DNA from: an uncultured Acidobacteriota bacterium
Lineage (GTDB): Bacteria > Acidobacteriota > Thermoanaerobaculia > Multivoradales > UBA5704
DNA: 64,000 bases
Direction of reading: 5' to 3'
Assembly (NCBI GenBank): GCA_963770895.1
Contig: CAVYRF010000001.1
Location: 672,001-736,000 of the forward strand
A model generated the notes under the pieces. It had not been told where the DNA came from. It did no database searches and saw nothing but the letters and a program-made list of their open reading frames with translations. The position numbers and the translations under genes are program-made. Below, one piece after another: positions 54,584 to 64,000 of the stretch; the first letter of the stretch is position 1; every line of letters starts with the position of its first letter.

Positions 54584-57500
54584 GTGTCTGACAGCGAGCA
54601 CCCTTTCGCCGCGCGCGGAGCTGGCGCGGCTCCGCAGGACCTCGCGCCGGCCGGCGATCTGGACGGCGGGGACGGCCGTGACGCGATGCTGCGGGCGGCC
54701 GGGCCGGAAGAGCGGGCCGCCCTGGCGCTGGCCTGGCTGCGGCGCCAGGCGGCGGCCACCCTCGACCGGGACGCCGCGCAGCTCCCCGCGGACCGTTCGC
54801 TGGTGGCCCTGGGATTGGACTCGCTGGCGGCGGCCGAGCTCTCGGGCGCCGTCGAAAACATCCTGAAAGTGCCGCTCGGTGTAGCCGACCTCCTGGCCGG
54901 CGCCAGCCTCGCGGAGCTGGCCGGCGACATCGCCCGCAATCTCGATGAGGCTGCGGCGGCGTCGCACGCCGGCCAAGCCGGCGGTACGGTCCACGCCGGG
55001 GACGACGGCCGCCAGGTGGTCGTGCCGGAGCCCCACCGCGCCGGCGCGCCGCCCCCCGCCGCGCCGTCGCCCCGCACCGCCCTGTCGTGGGGCCAGCGCG
55101 CCCTGTGGCTGGTGGACCGCATGGCGCCGGGCAACCCGGCCTACATCCTGGCCGGCGCCGCGCACGTCGGGGTTGGCGCCGCGCGCGGCGGCGACCTCGA
55201 CGTGGCGCGGTTGTGTCAGGCCATTACCGCCCTGGTCGCTCGCCATGCGGCCTTGCGCATGCGGTGCGAGCAGGGGAGCGATGGAGAGGTGGTGCAGGTG
55301 GTGGGCGACCAGCCGCTGTTCGGCTGGCTTGAGGTGGATGCCGGCGTCCTGAGCGAGCAAGGGTTGCACGAGCTGGTGGCAGAGGAGGCTTGGCGGCCGT
55401 TCGACCTCGCCCGCGGGCCGCTGCTGCGAGTGGCTCTGTTCCGCGGTGGCGGCCGGGCGCCGCTGCTGGTGCTCGCGGTGCATCACATCGTCGCCGACTT
55501 CTGGTCGCTCGGCGTGATGATCGACCAGCTGGGTGCGCTCTACCAGGGGCGCCTCCTGGCGCCGCTCGCGGCGACGCATGGCGAGCACGCGCGGCGCCAG
55601 GCGGAGCGGTTGGCGGGACCCGAGGGGGAGGCCCTGGCGGCCTGGTGGCGCGCCGCGCTGCCGCCGGGGGCGCCGGCGCTCGAGCTGCCGACCGACCGGC
55701 CGCGGCCGCCGGTGCAGGGATTCCGCGGTGGCGCGCGGACGCGCTGGTGGGAGCGGGAGCTGGTAGGGGAGCTCGACCGGCTGGGCCGGCGGGCCGGGGC
55801 CACGCCGTTCATGACCCTGCTGGCCGCCTACATGACGCTGCTGCACCGCTACACCGGCCAGCCGGAGCTGCGGGTGGGGACGCCAGCGTCCGGCCGTGGC
55901 GCGCCGGACCTCTCGGGCCTGGTGGGCTACTTCGTCAATCCGCTGGTGGTGCGCGGCGAGCTGGCCGGCAACCCCGGCTTCGAGCAGCTGCTGAGCCGGG
56001 TGCGGCAGGCCGTGCTCGCGGTGTTTGCCCACCAGGACTTCCCGTTTGCGCTGCTCGCCGAGCTGCTGGGCGGCGCCCGCGATCCCAGCCGGCCGCCGGT
56101 GTTCCAGGCGATGTTCGTGTTCTACAGCGAGCGGCGCGCCGGCGAGCGCGGGATGAGCGGTTTCGCGCTGGGCGAGGCGGGCGCGCGGCTCGATCTTGGC
56201 GGCCTCACGCTCGAATCGGTGCGGCTGCCGCGGCGCGGCGCGCAGGTCGATCTGACGTTGCTGGCGGCCGATCGCGACGATCGCGACCAGCGCGCCGAGC
56301 GCGAGGGTGCGCGGGCGGTCTCGTTGCAGTTCGACAGCGTGCTCTTCGACGGCGCCACGGCGGAGCGGATGCTGGGTCACCTGTGCGCGCTGGCCGCCGC
56401 CGCGGTCGCCGATCCGGGGTGCGGCATCCGCGACCTGCCGCTGCTCACCGCCGGCGAGCGCCAGCAGGTGGCGGAGTGGAACGCCACCGCCGTCGCCTGG
56501 CCTGGCGACCTGCGCCTGCACCAGCTTTTCGAAGAGCAGGCGCGCCGCACCCCGGACGCGGTGGCCGTGGTGGTCGACGCCGCTACCGACGCCGACGCCG
56601 ACGCCGACGCTGATACCGGCGCCGACACCGCCGGCGCCGGGTCCCGTCGCGGCCCCGCACCGCCGGCGGCCGGCCGCGCGGTGGCTTCCGCCGCGTGCTG
56701 GACCTACCGCGGCCTCGACCGGCGCGCCGACCGGCTGGCGCGAAGGCTGCGGCAGGCCGGCGTCGGGCCGGAATCCGTGGTGGCGATCCTGGCCGAGCGC
56801 TCGGCCGCCATGGTCGCCGGCCTGCTCGCCATCCTCAAGGCGGGCGGCGCCTACCTGCCGCTCGATCCCGACCACCCCGCCGAGCGCCTGCGCCAGATGC
56901 TGCACGACTCAGGCGCCGGCGTGCTCCTGGCACAGCGCCGGCTGCTGCCGCGGCTGGGCGAGCCGGACGCGCCGCCTGTCGTCGCGGCCGCGGTGCTGGT
57001 GCTCGACGATCCCGACCGGGACGATTCCGCCCAGGACGAGCAGGACGATCCCGCCACCGGCGGTGCCGCGTTCGGCGCTGCCGCTCTTGCGCTGGCGCCC
57101 GACGGCCGGCCGGAGCGTGCGCCGCCGCCGCTGGAGCGCGCCGTCCACCCGGATAGCCTGGCGTACGTGATCTATACCTCGGGCTCGACCGGCCGGCCCA
57201 AAGGCACCATGAACACGCACCGGGGCATCGTCAACCGGCTGCTCTGGATGCAGCAGCAGTACCGATTGGCGGCCGACGACCGGGTGTTGCAGAAGACGCC
57301 GCTGTCCTTCGACGTGTCGGTCTGGGAGCTGTTCTGGCCGCTCGCGACGGGGGCGTGCCTGGTGATGGCCCGTCCGGGCGGGCACCGCGACAGCGGCTAC
57401 CTGCTGGCGGCGCTGGCGGCGCACCAGATCACCACCGTGCATTTCGTGCCGGCGATGCTGAGCGATCTTCTCGCGGCCCTGCCGCCGCGGGGCGATGCAA

Positions 57501-60500
57501 GCTCGGGCGCCGGCCCGTGGGACGCCGCGCCGGCAGGGCTGCGCCGGGTCGTGGCAAGCGGCGAGGCGCTGCCCTACGGTCTCCAGCAGCGCTATTACGC
57601 GGCGCTCGCGGCGCCGCTGCACAACCTCTACGGCCCTACCGAAGCCGCGGTCGACGTCACCCATTGGGCGACCGACCCGGACGCCGATCGGCGGCTGGTG
57701 CCGATCGGGCGGCCGGTGGCCAACACCTGGATCCGGCTGGTCGACCGCCAGGGCGGGCTGGTGCCGATCGGTGTACCGGGCGAGCTGTGCATCGGCGGCG
57801 TGCAGCTGGCGCGCGGCTACCTGGGCCGCCCGGCGCTGACCGCCGAAAGGTTCGTGCCCGATCCGCTGGGCGACGCGGCAGGAGCGCGCCTCTACCGCAC
57901 CGGCGACCTGGCGCGCTACCTGCCGGACGGTGCCATCGACTACCTGGGCCGCCTGGACCACCAGGTGAAGATCCGCGGCGTGCGCATCGAGCTCGGCGAG
58001 ATCGAAGCTGCCCTGCTGCGCCATCCGGCCGTGCGCGAAGCGGTCGTCACCGTGGCCGCCGTGGCGGACCACGCCTCGCCGGCCGGCGCCGACCCGCGGC
58101 TGGCGGCCTACCTGGTGACGCGCGGGGCGGCCGCGCCGCCGCGGGCGGGAGAGCCGGCGGCTGGGGAGCCGGCCGCGCCGCCTGCTGCGCCGGCCGCCGC
58201 GCCGCCGTCCGACCTGGCCGACGACCTCCGCCGCCTGCTGCGTCAGAGCCTGCCGGAGGCGATGATCCCGGCGGCCTTCGTGGTGCTGCCCGCGCTGCCG
58301 CTGTCGGCCAACGGCAAGGTGGACCGCCGGGCGCTGCCGGCGCCGCGGTGGGGCGCCGCCGCGGTCGCGGGCACGCCGCCGCGCACTGCCGACCAGGAGA
58401 TCCTGGCCGGCCTGTTCGCGGAGCTGCTGGGGCTCACGGTCGCTGGCGACCGCAGCGGCGACAGCAGCGGCAACGGCGGCAGCAGAGCTAGCGGCGACAG
58501 CAGCGACGACGGCGAAAGCAGCGGCAACGGCGGAAGCAGCGGCAACGGCGGAAGCAGAGGCAGCGTCGACAGCGGAGGCAGCGGCGCCGCGGCCGGCGGG
58601 TGGGTGGCTGGAACACAGGGGGGCGAAGCCGCGGACGCGCGCGGCGTCGCGGCGGCGAGCGGTGGGGAGCAAGGCGGCGGCCTTGGCATCGACCAGAGTT
58701 TTTTCGATCTCGGCGGCCATTCGCTGCTGGCGACCCGCCTGCTGGCGCGGGTGCGCCAGGTGTTCGCGGTGGAGCTGCCGCTGCGGCAGGTGTTCGAGGC
58801 GCCGACGGTGGCCAGGCTCGCCGCGGCGATCGCGGCGGCGCGGCGGGGCGACCTGGCGGCGGCGCCGCCGCTCGTGCCGCTGCCGCCCGCGGCTCGCCAG
58901 GGGCCGCTGGCGCTCAGCTTCGCGCAGGAGCGCATGTGGTTTCTCGACCAGCTGGAGGGCGGCGGTGCCACCTACAACATGCCCGGCGTGCTGCGCCTCG
59001 CGGGCCCGCTGCAGGTGGCGGCGCTGCGCGCCGGGCTGGCGGAGGTGTGCCGCCGCCACGAGGTGCTGCGCACGACGTTCACCGTGCGCGATGGCGCCGC
59101 GGGGCCGGTCGCCCGCGTCGCCCGGCCGGCCGCCGCTCCGGGGCCGCCGCTGCCGCTGGTGGATCTGTCCGGGCTGGCGGCCGGCTGCCGACAGGCGGTC
59201 GCCTCGCGGCTCGCCGCCCTGGAGGCGCGGCGCCCGTTCGACCTCGTCGCGGGCCCCGTGCTGCGCGCCGTGCTGCTGCGCCTGAGCGGCGGGCCGCCCG
59301 CGGCGGCGCAGGCGCTCCACCTGCTGCTGCTCACGCTGCACCACATCGCCGCCGATGCCGAGTCGGTCGAGGTGCTGGCGCGCGAGCTGGCCGCCCTCTA
59401 TACCGCGGGTGCGACCGGCAGGCCGCCAGACGCGGCGGCGCTGCCGCCGCTCCCCGTCCAGTATGCCGACTTCGCCGCCTGGCAGCGGGCGGCGCTCAGC
59501 GGCGACCGGCGCGCGGCCGAGGTGGCTTTCTGGCGCGAGCAGCTTGCCGGCGCGCGCGGCGCACCGCCGGTGCTCGAGCTGCCCTGCGATCGGCCGCGCG
59601 GCACGGTGAGCGGCCGGCGCGGGGCGCGGCGCCCCGTGGTGCTGCCCGCCGCGCTGGCCGGCAGGCTCGCGGCGGTGGCGCGGGACCACCGCGCCACCCT
59701 GTTCATCGCCTTGCTGGCGGCCTTCGACACCCTGCTGGGCCGTTACGGCGGCCAGGACGACGTCGCGGTGGGCGTGCCGGTCGCCAATCGCGACCGCGCC
59801 CAGATCCAGCCGCTGATCGGGCTGTTCGTCAACACGCTGGTGCTGCGCCTCGACCTGTCGGGCGACCCCACCTTTGGCGAGCTCCTGGGGCGCGCGCGGC
59901 AGACGGCGCTGGCCGCCTACGGCCACCAGGAGATGCCGTTCGAGCAGCTGGTCGCCCACCTGCAGCCGCGGCGCGCAGCGGGCGAAAGCCCGTTCTTCCA
60001 GGTGGTCCTGGCGCTCCAGCCCGGCCTGGCGGCGCCGGCGATGGCGGGCCTGGCGGTCGAGCTCGCCCCCGGCGACACCGGCACCGCCAAGTTCGACCTG
60101 TCTTTGGCGCTCGACGTCGCGCCCGACGGCAGCCTTGCCGGCACCTGGACCTGGCGCGCCGGCCTGTTCGACCCGGCGACGATCGAGCGGCTTTCGGTGC
60201 AGCTGCGGCAGCTGCTCGCGGCGGTCGCCGCGGGCGAACCGGGACCGGCGGGCCGCCTCTCCGAGCTGCCGCTGCTCGGCCCGGCCGAGCGCCACCAGCT
60301 GCAGCGGGAATGGAACGACGTCTGGCAGCCGGGCGGCGGCGACCTGCTGCATGCGGCGTTCGAGCGGCGGGCGGCGCAGGTGCCCGACGCGGTGGCGGCG
60401 GTGGAGGCCGGCCACGACGGCCTGATGGGGCGCAGCCTCACCTACGGCGAGCTGGCGGCGCGCGCCGGCCGGCTGGCGTGCCGGCTGGCGGCGCTGGGAG

Positions 60501-63500
60501 TCGCGCCGGAGCGGATCGTCGGCGTCTCGCTCCCGCCGTCGCTCGACCTGCTGGTGGCGCTGCTCGGCATCCTCAAGGCGGGCGGCGCCTACCTGGCGCT
60601 CGATCCGGCGCAGCCGCGGGAGCGCCGGGCGCAGATCCTGGCCGAGTCGTCGGCACTCCTGGTCGTCGCCGCGAGTCCTGCGGCGCCCACCGCTCCGGTT
60701 ACCGCCGCCACCGCCGCCGCCTCCTCCTCCGTCATCGCGGCCACCACCGCCGCCGCCGCCGCGCGCCCGTCCGCGGTCGAGGGCCTGATGCTGCTCGGCC
60801 CGGACGGGCGCGCGGCGGCGCTGGGCGCCGCGGCCGGCGCCACCCCCCGGCGCACCCCGTTCCCCCCGGCCCCGGATCCGGACCCCGACAACGCCGCCTA
60901 CGTCCTCTACACCTCCGGCTCCGGCGGCGCGCCCAAGGGCGTCGTGGTCAGCCATCGCGCCGTCGTCAACCGTCTGCGCTACCAGGTTGCCGCCGACCTC
61001 GCGCCCGACTCGCGGGTGCTGCAACGGGCGCGCCTCGCCTTCGACGTCTCGGTGCTGGAGCTGTTCGCGCCGCTCTGGGCGGGCGCCGCGGTGGTGCTGA
61101 TCGATGCCGCCCGCCAGCAGGACGCCGGCTACCTGGCCCGCGTCGTGGCCGCGCAGCAGGTCACCAACTTCAACGCGCCGCCGGCGTTGCTCCCGGCCCT
61201 GCTGGCCGAAGACGAGCTCCGCCGCTGCCGCGCGCTGCGCCGCGTGGTGCTGGGCGGCGAGCGGGTGCCGGTCGACCTCGCTCACCGATTCGCGACGATG
61301 ATGGCGGCTGGGCCTGGGGCGGCGCCGTTGCTGCTGTCGCGCTACGGTCCGACCGAGGCCACCATCTCGGTGACCGAATGGCACTGCCGCCCCGCGCCGG
61401 CCGCGCCTGCCGGTTCGGCCGGACCGCTCGGCTGGCCGATCGCCGGCGCTCGCCTCCACCTGCTGGACCGCCATGGCCGCGAGGTGCCGCCCTCGGCTCC
61501 GGGCGAGCTCTGCATCGGCGGCATCTGCCTGGCGCGCGCCTATCTCGCCCGGCCCGACCTGACCGCCGCGGCGTTCATCCCGGACCCCTTCGCGGCGCCG
61601 GGCGAAGAGGCGGGCAGCCGCCTCTACCGCACCGGCGACCTGGCGCGCCGGCGCGCCGGCGGCGAGCTGGAATTCCTCGGCCGCATCGACCGCCAGGTCA
61701 AGATCCGCGGCTTCCGCGTCGAGCTGGGCGACGTCGAGGCGGCGCTCGCCCGCCACCCCGGTGTGCGCGAAACGGCGGTGGTGGACCGCGACGAGCCGGC
61801 GACCGGCGGCAGGCGCCTGGTGGCCTACGTGGTGCCCCGCCAGGCGGATGCCGGCGGGCTCGAGCCGCAGGCGCTACGGTCTTTCGTCGCGGAGCACCTG
61901 CCGCCCTACATGCTGCCCGCCGCCTGGGTCCTGCTGGACTGCCTGCCGCTCACCGCCAACGGCAAGCTGGACCGGCGGGCGCTGCCCGAGCCGGCCGACC
62001 TGTCGCCGGCGGCGGACGCGGCGGAGCCGGCTGCGCTGGACGGGGCGAGCGGCCGCCGCGGCGCCGCCCCCCGCACCCCGGCCGAAGAGCTGCTGGCGGG
62101 GATCTGGTGCCAGCTCCTGGGCGTCCGGCAGGTATCCATCGGGGACGACTTTTTTCACCTGGGCGGCCATTCGCTGCTCGCCACCCAGCTGGTGTCCCGG
62201 CTGAGCGCGACGCTGGCGGTCGACCTTCCCCTGGCCAAGGTTTTCGAGCACCCCACCCTGGCGGCGATGGCGTCGGCGATCGAGCAGGCGCGCGGCCTGG
62301 GCGGCGCGGAGCCCACCGTCGCCGGGCTCGCCGGCCGTCTGACGCCGGCGCACGAAGCCGGCGGCGGCGCCGGCCGGGGCGACGGCGCGCGGCCGGTGCC
62401 GCTACCGCTCCTGCCGCGGCAGGCGGGCGGCGCCGCGGCGCAGCTGCCGCTGTCGTTTGCCCAGCAGCGGCTCTGGTTCCTGGACCGCCTGGCGCCCGGC
62501 TCGCCGGCCTACAACATGCCGCTGGCGGTGCGGCTCTCCGGCGACCTGGACATCCCCGCCCTGGCTGCCGGCGTCGCCGCCCTGGTGGCGCGGCACGAGA
62601 CCCTGCGCACCACCTTCCACGAGACCGCGGGCGAGCCCTGGCAGCGGATCGCGCCGCCGCTCGCCGCCGGTGCCAGCTCCGGCGCCGGCGCCGGCGCGGC
62701 CGCCACAAGCGCGCTGCCGGTCGTCGACCTGCGGGCGCTGGTGGACGCCGGTGAACCGGACGGCGAGCCGGGCGGTGGGCCGGGGCTGGATGCCGGCTGG
62801 CCAGGTCAGCCGGATGGTTTCGCGCCGCTGCCGCTGCCGCGGCGCGCGCTCGCCGCGGCGCTCGACCTGGCCGCGGCCGCGGCGCGGCGGCCCTTCGACC
62901 TGGCGCGCGGCCCGCTCTTCCGGCCCCTCCTGCTGCGGTTGACCGGGCGCGAGCACCTCTGGCTGGGGACCATGCACCACATCGTCTCCGACGGCTGGTC
63001 GCTGGGCGTCCTGGTGCGCGAGCTGACCGCCGTCTACGCCGCGCTGGCGGCCGGCCGGGAGCCCCGTCTGCCGGCCCTGCCGGTGCAGTACGCCGACTAC
63101 GCCGCCTGGCAGCGCCAGCGCCTGTCCGGCGACCTCTTGGCGGCGCAGATCGCCCACTGGCGCGAGCGCCTGGCGGGCCTGCCGGCGCGGCTCGACCTGC
63201 CGGTGGACCGGCCGCGCCCGGCCGTCGAAACCGTCGCCGGCGCCCAGCGGCGCTGGCGCCTGGCCGGCGACGTGGCCGGCCGGCTGCGCCAGCTGGCGGC
63301 AGCGTCGGGGGCGACCCCGTTCATGGTCCTGGTCGCCGCCTTCCAGGCGCTCCTGGGGCGCTGGTCCGGTCAACAGGACCTGGCGGTTGGCACGCCGATC
63401 GCCGGCCGCAACCGCATCGAGATCGAAGGCCTGATCGGCTTCTTCGTCAACACCCTGGTGCTGCGCGCCGATCTCTCCAGCGGGCCGCGGCGCCTGGCGT

Positions 63501-64000
63501 TCGACCAGCTGCTGGCCCGCACCCGCGAGGCGACCCTGGCCGCGTACGCCCATCAGGAGCTGCCGTTCGAACGGCTGGTCGAAGAGCTGGCCCTGCCCCG
63601 CGACCTCGCCTCGACGCCGCTGTTTCAAGTCATGTTCGCGCTGCAGAACGCGCCCGCGGGGGGCCTCGAGCTGCCGGGCCTCCGCCTGGCGCCCGTCGCG
63701 GTCGGCTCGCGCACCGCCAAGTTCGACCTCACCCTGTCGCTGTCCGAATCCGCCGCGTTCGCTGCTGCGCTCGCACCGGCGCCGGACCAGGCGGCAACCT
63801 TTGCCGGCTGGCTCGAATACAAGACCGACCTGTTCGACGGCGCCACCGCCGAGCGCCTGCTGGACCACTTCGCCGCCCTGCTCGAGCGCGTCACCGCCGA
63901 CCCCTCGGCGCCGCTCGCGGACCTCGACCTGCTGGGCGCCGCCCAGCGCCACCAGCTGCTCGTGGAATGGGGGCACGGCCCGGCGCTCGATACCGCCGGC
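54584..64000 (+). CDS. Non-ribosomal peptide synthetase, 3' truncated: ACP-C-A(Ser)-T-C-A(?)-T-C
   Basis: The following motifs all fall in frame 2, after TAG 54578: LGLDSL (54809), HHIVADFWS (55481), YTSGSTGRPKG (57173), GGHSL (58712), HHIAAD (59339), YTSGSGGAPKG (60908), GGHSL (62162), HHIVSDGWS (62975). It is absent from the ORF track, consistent with no stop before the window end. Confidence 0.95.
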   Translation, partial: MSDSEHPFAARGAGAAPQDLAPAGDLDGGDGRDAMLRAAGPEERAALALAWLRRQAAATLDRDAAQLPADRSLVALGLDSLAAAELSGAVENILKVPLGVADLLAGASLAELAGDIARNLDEAAAASHAGQAGGTVHAGDDGRQVVVPEPHRAGAPPPAAPSPRTALSWGQRALWLVDRMAPGNPAYILAGAAHVGVGAARGGDLDVARLCQAITALVARHAALRMRCEQGSDGEVVQVVGDQPLFGWLEVDAGVLSEQGLHELVAEEAWRPFDLARGPLLRVALFRGGGRAPLLVLAVHHIVADFWSLGVMIDQLGALYQGRLLAPLAATHGEHARRQAERLAGPEGEALAAWWRAALPPGAPALELPTDRPRPPVQGFRGGARTRWWERELVGELDRLGRRAGATPFMTLLAAYMTLLHRYTGQPELRVGTPASGRGAPDLSGLVGYFVNPLVVRGELAGNPGFEQLLSRVRQAVLAVFAHQDFPFALLAELLGGARDPSRPPVFQAMFVFYSERRAGERGMSGFALGEAGARLDLGGLTLESVRLPRRGAQVDLTLLAADRDDRDQRAEREGARAVSLQFDSVLFDGATAERMLGHLCALAAAAVADPGCGIRDLPLLTAGERQQVAEWNATAVAWPGDLRLHQLFEEQARRTPDAVAVVVDAATDADADADADTGADTAGAGSRRGPAPPAAGRAVASAACWTYRGLDRRADRLARRLRQAGVGPESVVAILAERSAAMVAGLLAILKAGGAYLPLDPDHPAERLRQMLHDSGAGVLLAQRRLLPRLGEPDAPPVVAAAVLVLDDPDRDDSAQDEQDDPATGGAAFGAAALALAPDGRPERAPPPLERAVHPDSLAYVIYTSGSTGRPKGTMNTHRGIVNRLLWMQQQYRLAADDRVLQKTPLSFDVSVWELFWPLATGACLVMARPGGHRDSGYLLAALAAHQITTVHFVPAMLSDLLAALPPRGDASSGAGPWDAAPAGLRRVVASGEALPYGLQQRYYAALAAPLHNLYGPTEAAVDVTHWATDPDADRRLVPIGRPVANTWIRLVDRQGGLVPIGVPGELCIGGVQLARGYLGRPALTAERFVPDPLGDAAGARLYRTGDLARYLPDGAIDYLGRLDHQVKIRGVRIELGEIEAALLRHPAVREAVVTVAAVADHASPAGADPRLAAYLVTRGAAAPPRAGEPAAGEPAAPPAAPAAAPPSDLADDLRRLLRQSLPEAMIPAAFVVLPALPLSANGKVDRRALPAPRWGAAAVAGTPPRTADQEILAGLFAELLGLTVAGDRSGDSSGNGGSRASGDSSDDGESSGNGGSSGNGGSRGSVDSGGSGAAAGGWVAGTQGGEAADARGVAAASGGEQGGGLGIDQSFFDLGGHSLLATRLLARVRQVFAVELPLRQVFEAPTVARLAAAIAAARRGDLAAAPPLVPLPPAARQGPLALSFAQERMWFLDQLEGGGATYNMPGVLRLAGPLQVAALRAGLAEVCRRHEVLRTTFTVRDGAAGPVARVARPAAAPGPPLPLVDLSGLAAGCRQAVASRLAALEARRPFDLVAGPVLRAVLLRLSGGPPAAAQALHLLLLTLHHIAADAESVEVLARELAALYTAGATGRPPDAAALPPLPVQYADFAAWQRAALSGDRRAAEVAFWREQLAGARGAPPVLELPCDRPRGTVSGRRGARRPVVLPAALAGRLAAVARDHRATLFIALLAAFDTLLGRYGGQDDVAVGVPVANRDRAQIQPLIGLFVNTLVLRLDLSGDPTFGELLGRARQTALAAYGHQEMPFEQLVAHLQPRRAAGESPFFQVVLALQPGLAAPAMAGLAVELAPGDTGTAKFDLSLALDVAPDGSLAGTWTWRAGLFDPATIERLSVQLRQLLAAVAAGEPGPAGRLSELPLLGPAERHQLQREWNDVWQPGGGDLLHAAFERRAAQVPDAVAAVEAGHDGLMGRSLTYGELAARAGRLACRLAALGVAPERIVGVSLPPSLDLLVALLGILKAGGAYLALDPAQPRERRAQILAESSALLVVAASPAAPTAPVTAATAAASSSVIAATTAAAAARPSAVEGLMLLGPDGRAAALGAAAGATPRRTPFPPAPDPDPDNAAYVLYTSGSGGAPKGVVVSHRAVVNRLRYQVAADLAPDSRVLQRARLAFDVSVLELFAPLWAGAAVVLIDAARQQDAGYLARVVAAQQVTNFNAPPALLPALLAEDELRRCRALRRVVLGGERVPVDLAHRFATMMAAGPGAAPLLLSRYGPTEATISVTEWHCRPAPAAPAGSAGPLGWPIAGARLHLLDRHGREVPPSAPGELCIGGICLARAYLARPDLTAAAFIPDPFAAPGEEAGSRLYRTGDLARRRAGGELEFLGRIDRQVKIRGFRVELGDVEAALARHPGVRETAVVDRDEPATGGRRLVAYVVPRQADAGGLEPQALRSFVAEHLPPYMLPAAWVLLDCLPLTANGKLDRRALPEPADLSPAADAAEPAALDGASGRRGAAPRTPAEELLAGIWCQLLGVRQVSIGDDFFHLGGHSLLATQLVSRLSATLAVDLPLAKVFEHPTLAAMASAIEQARGLGGAEPTVAGLAGRLTPAHEAGGGAGRGDGARPVPLPLLPRQAGGAAAQLPLSFAQQRLWFLDRLAPGSPAYNMPLAVRLSGDLDIPALAAGVAALVARHETLRTTFHETAGEPWQRIAPPLAAGASSGAGAGAAATSALPVVDLRALVDAGEPDGEPGGGPGLDAGWPGQPDGFAPLPLPRRALAAALDLAAAAARRPFDLARGPLFRPLLLRLTGREHLWLGTMHHIVSDGWSLGVLVRELTAVYAALAAGREPRLPALPVQYADYAAWQRQRLSGDLLAAQIAHWRERLAGLPARLDLPVDRPRPAVETVAGAQRRWRLAGDVAGRLRQLAAASGATPFMVLVAAFQALLGRWSGQQDLAVGTPIAGRNRIEIEGLIGFFVNTLVLRADLSSGPRRLAFDQLLARTREATLAAYAHQELPFERLVEELALPRDLASTPLFQVMFALQNAPAGGLELPGLRLAPVAVGSRTAKFDLTLSLSESAAFAAALAPAPDQAATFAGWLEYKTDLFDGATAERLLDHFAALLERVTADPSAPLADLDLLGAAQRHQLLVEWGHGPALDTAG

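Noticed and set aside
56909-62754. 1615-aa minus-strand and 1384-aa plus-strand ORFs
   Set aside because: Shadow and off-frame readings of the NRPS, whose motifs are all in frame +2.

Overview
Very GC-rich bacterial DNA (roughly 70% or more by eye). The gene content (PKD plus 'PCRxxDTR' secreted protein, trpS-scpA-scpB-rluB-cmk order, VWA-like and large NRPS genes) suggests Acidobacteriota, possibly Thermoanaerobaculia; this is an inference. 1-15.5 kb is core-like: J-domain/TPR protein, rnpB, LD-carboxypeptidase, cNMP-FHA protein, two glycosyltransferases, M50 protease, trpS, scpA, scpB, rluB, cmk. ScpB and RluB carry very long repeat-built disordered extensions. 15.5-54 kb is accessory: lipoprotein, secreted hydrolase, DUF222-HNH, MNT-HEPN toxin-antitoxin pair, a secreted beta-propeller with a decayed tandem duplicate, a ~1970-aa MnxG-type multicopper oxidase with a YVTN partner, and a kaiC-kaiB-hybrid kinase operon without kaiA. 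It continues with a GT9 / P-loop kinase / two PhyH / beta-propeller / FkbM-GT4 tailoring cluster, SCO-SCO-cytochrome c/binding-protein genes, a methyltransferase, TlpA, and a stand-alone 42-aa RiPP-precursor-like peptide. From 54584 to the window end is an NRPS that is missing from the ORF track (ACP-C-A(Ser)-T-C-A(unusual code)-T-C...). Best novelty candidates: the orphan peptide, the KaiBC-kinase module nested inside a split Mnx-like locus, the tailoring cluster, the NRPS oddities, and window-wide low-complexity insertions. No tRNA, rRNA, CRISPR array or clear IS element was seen.
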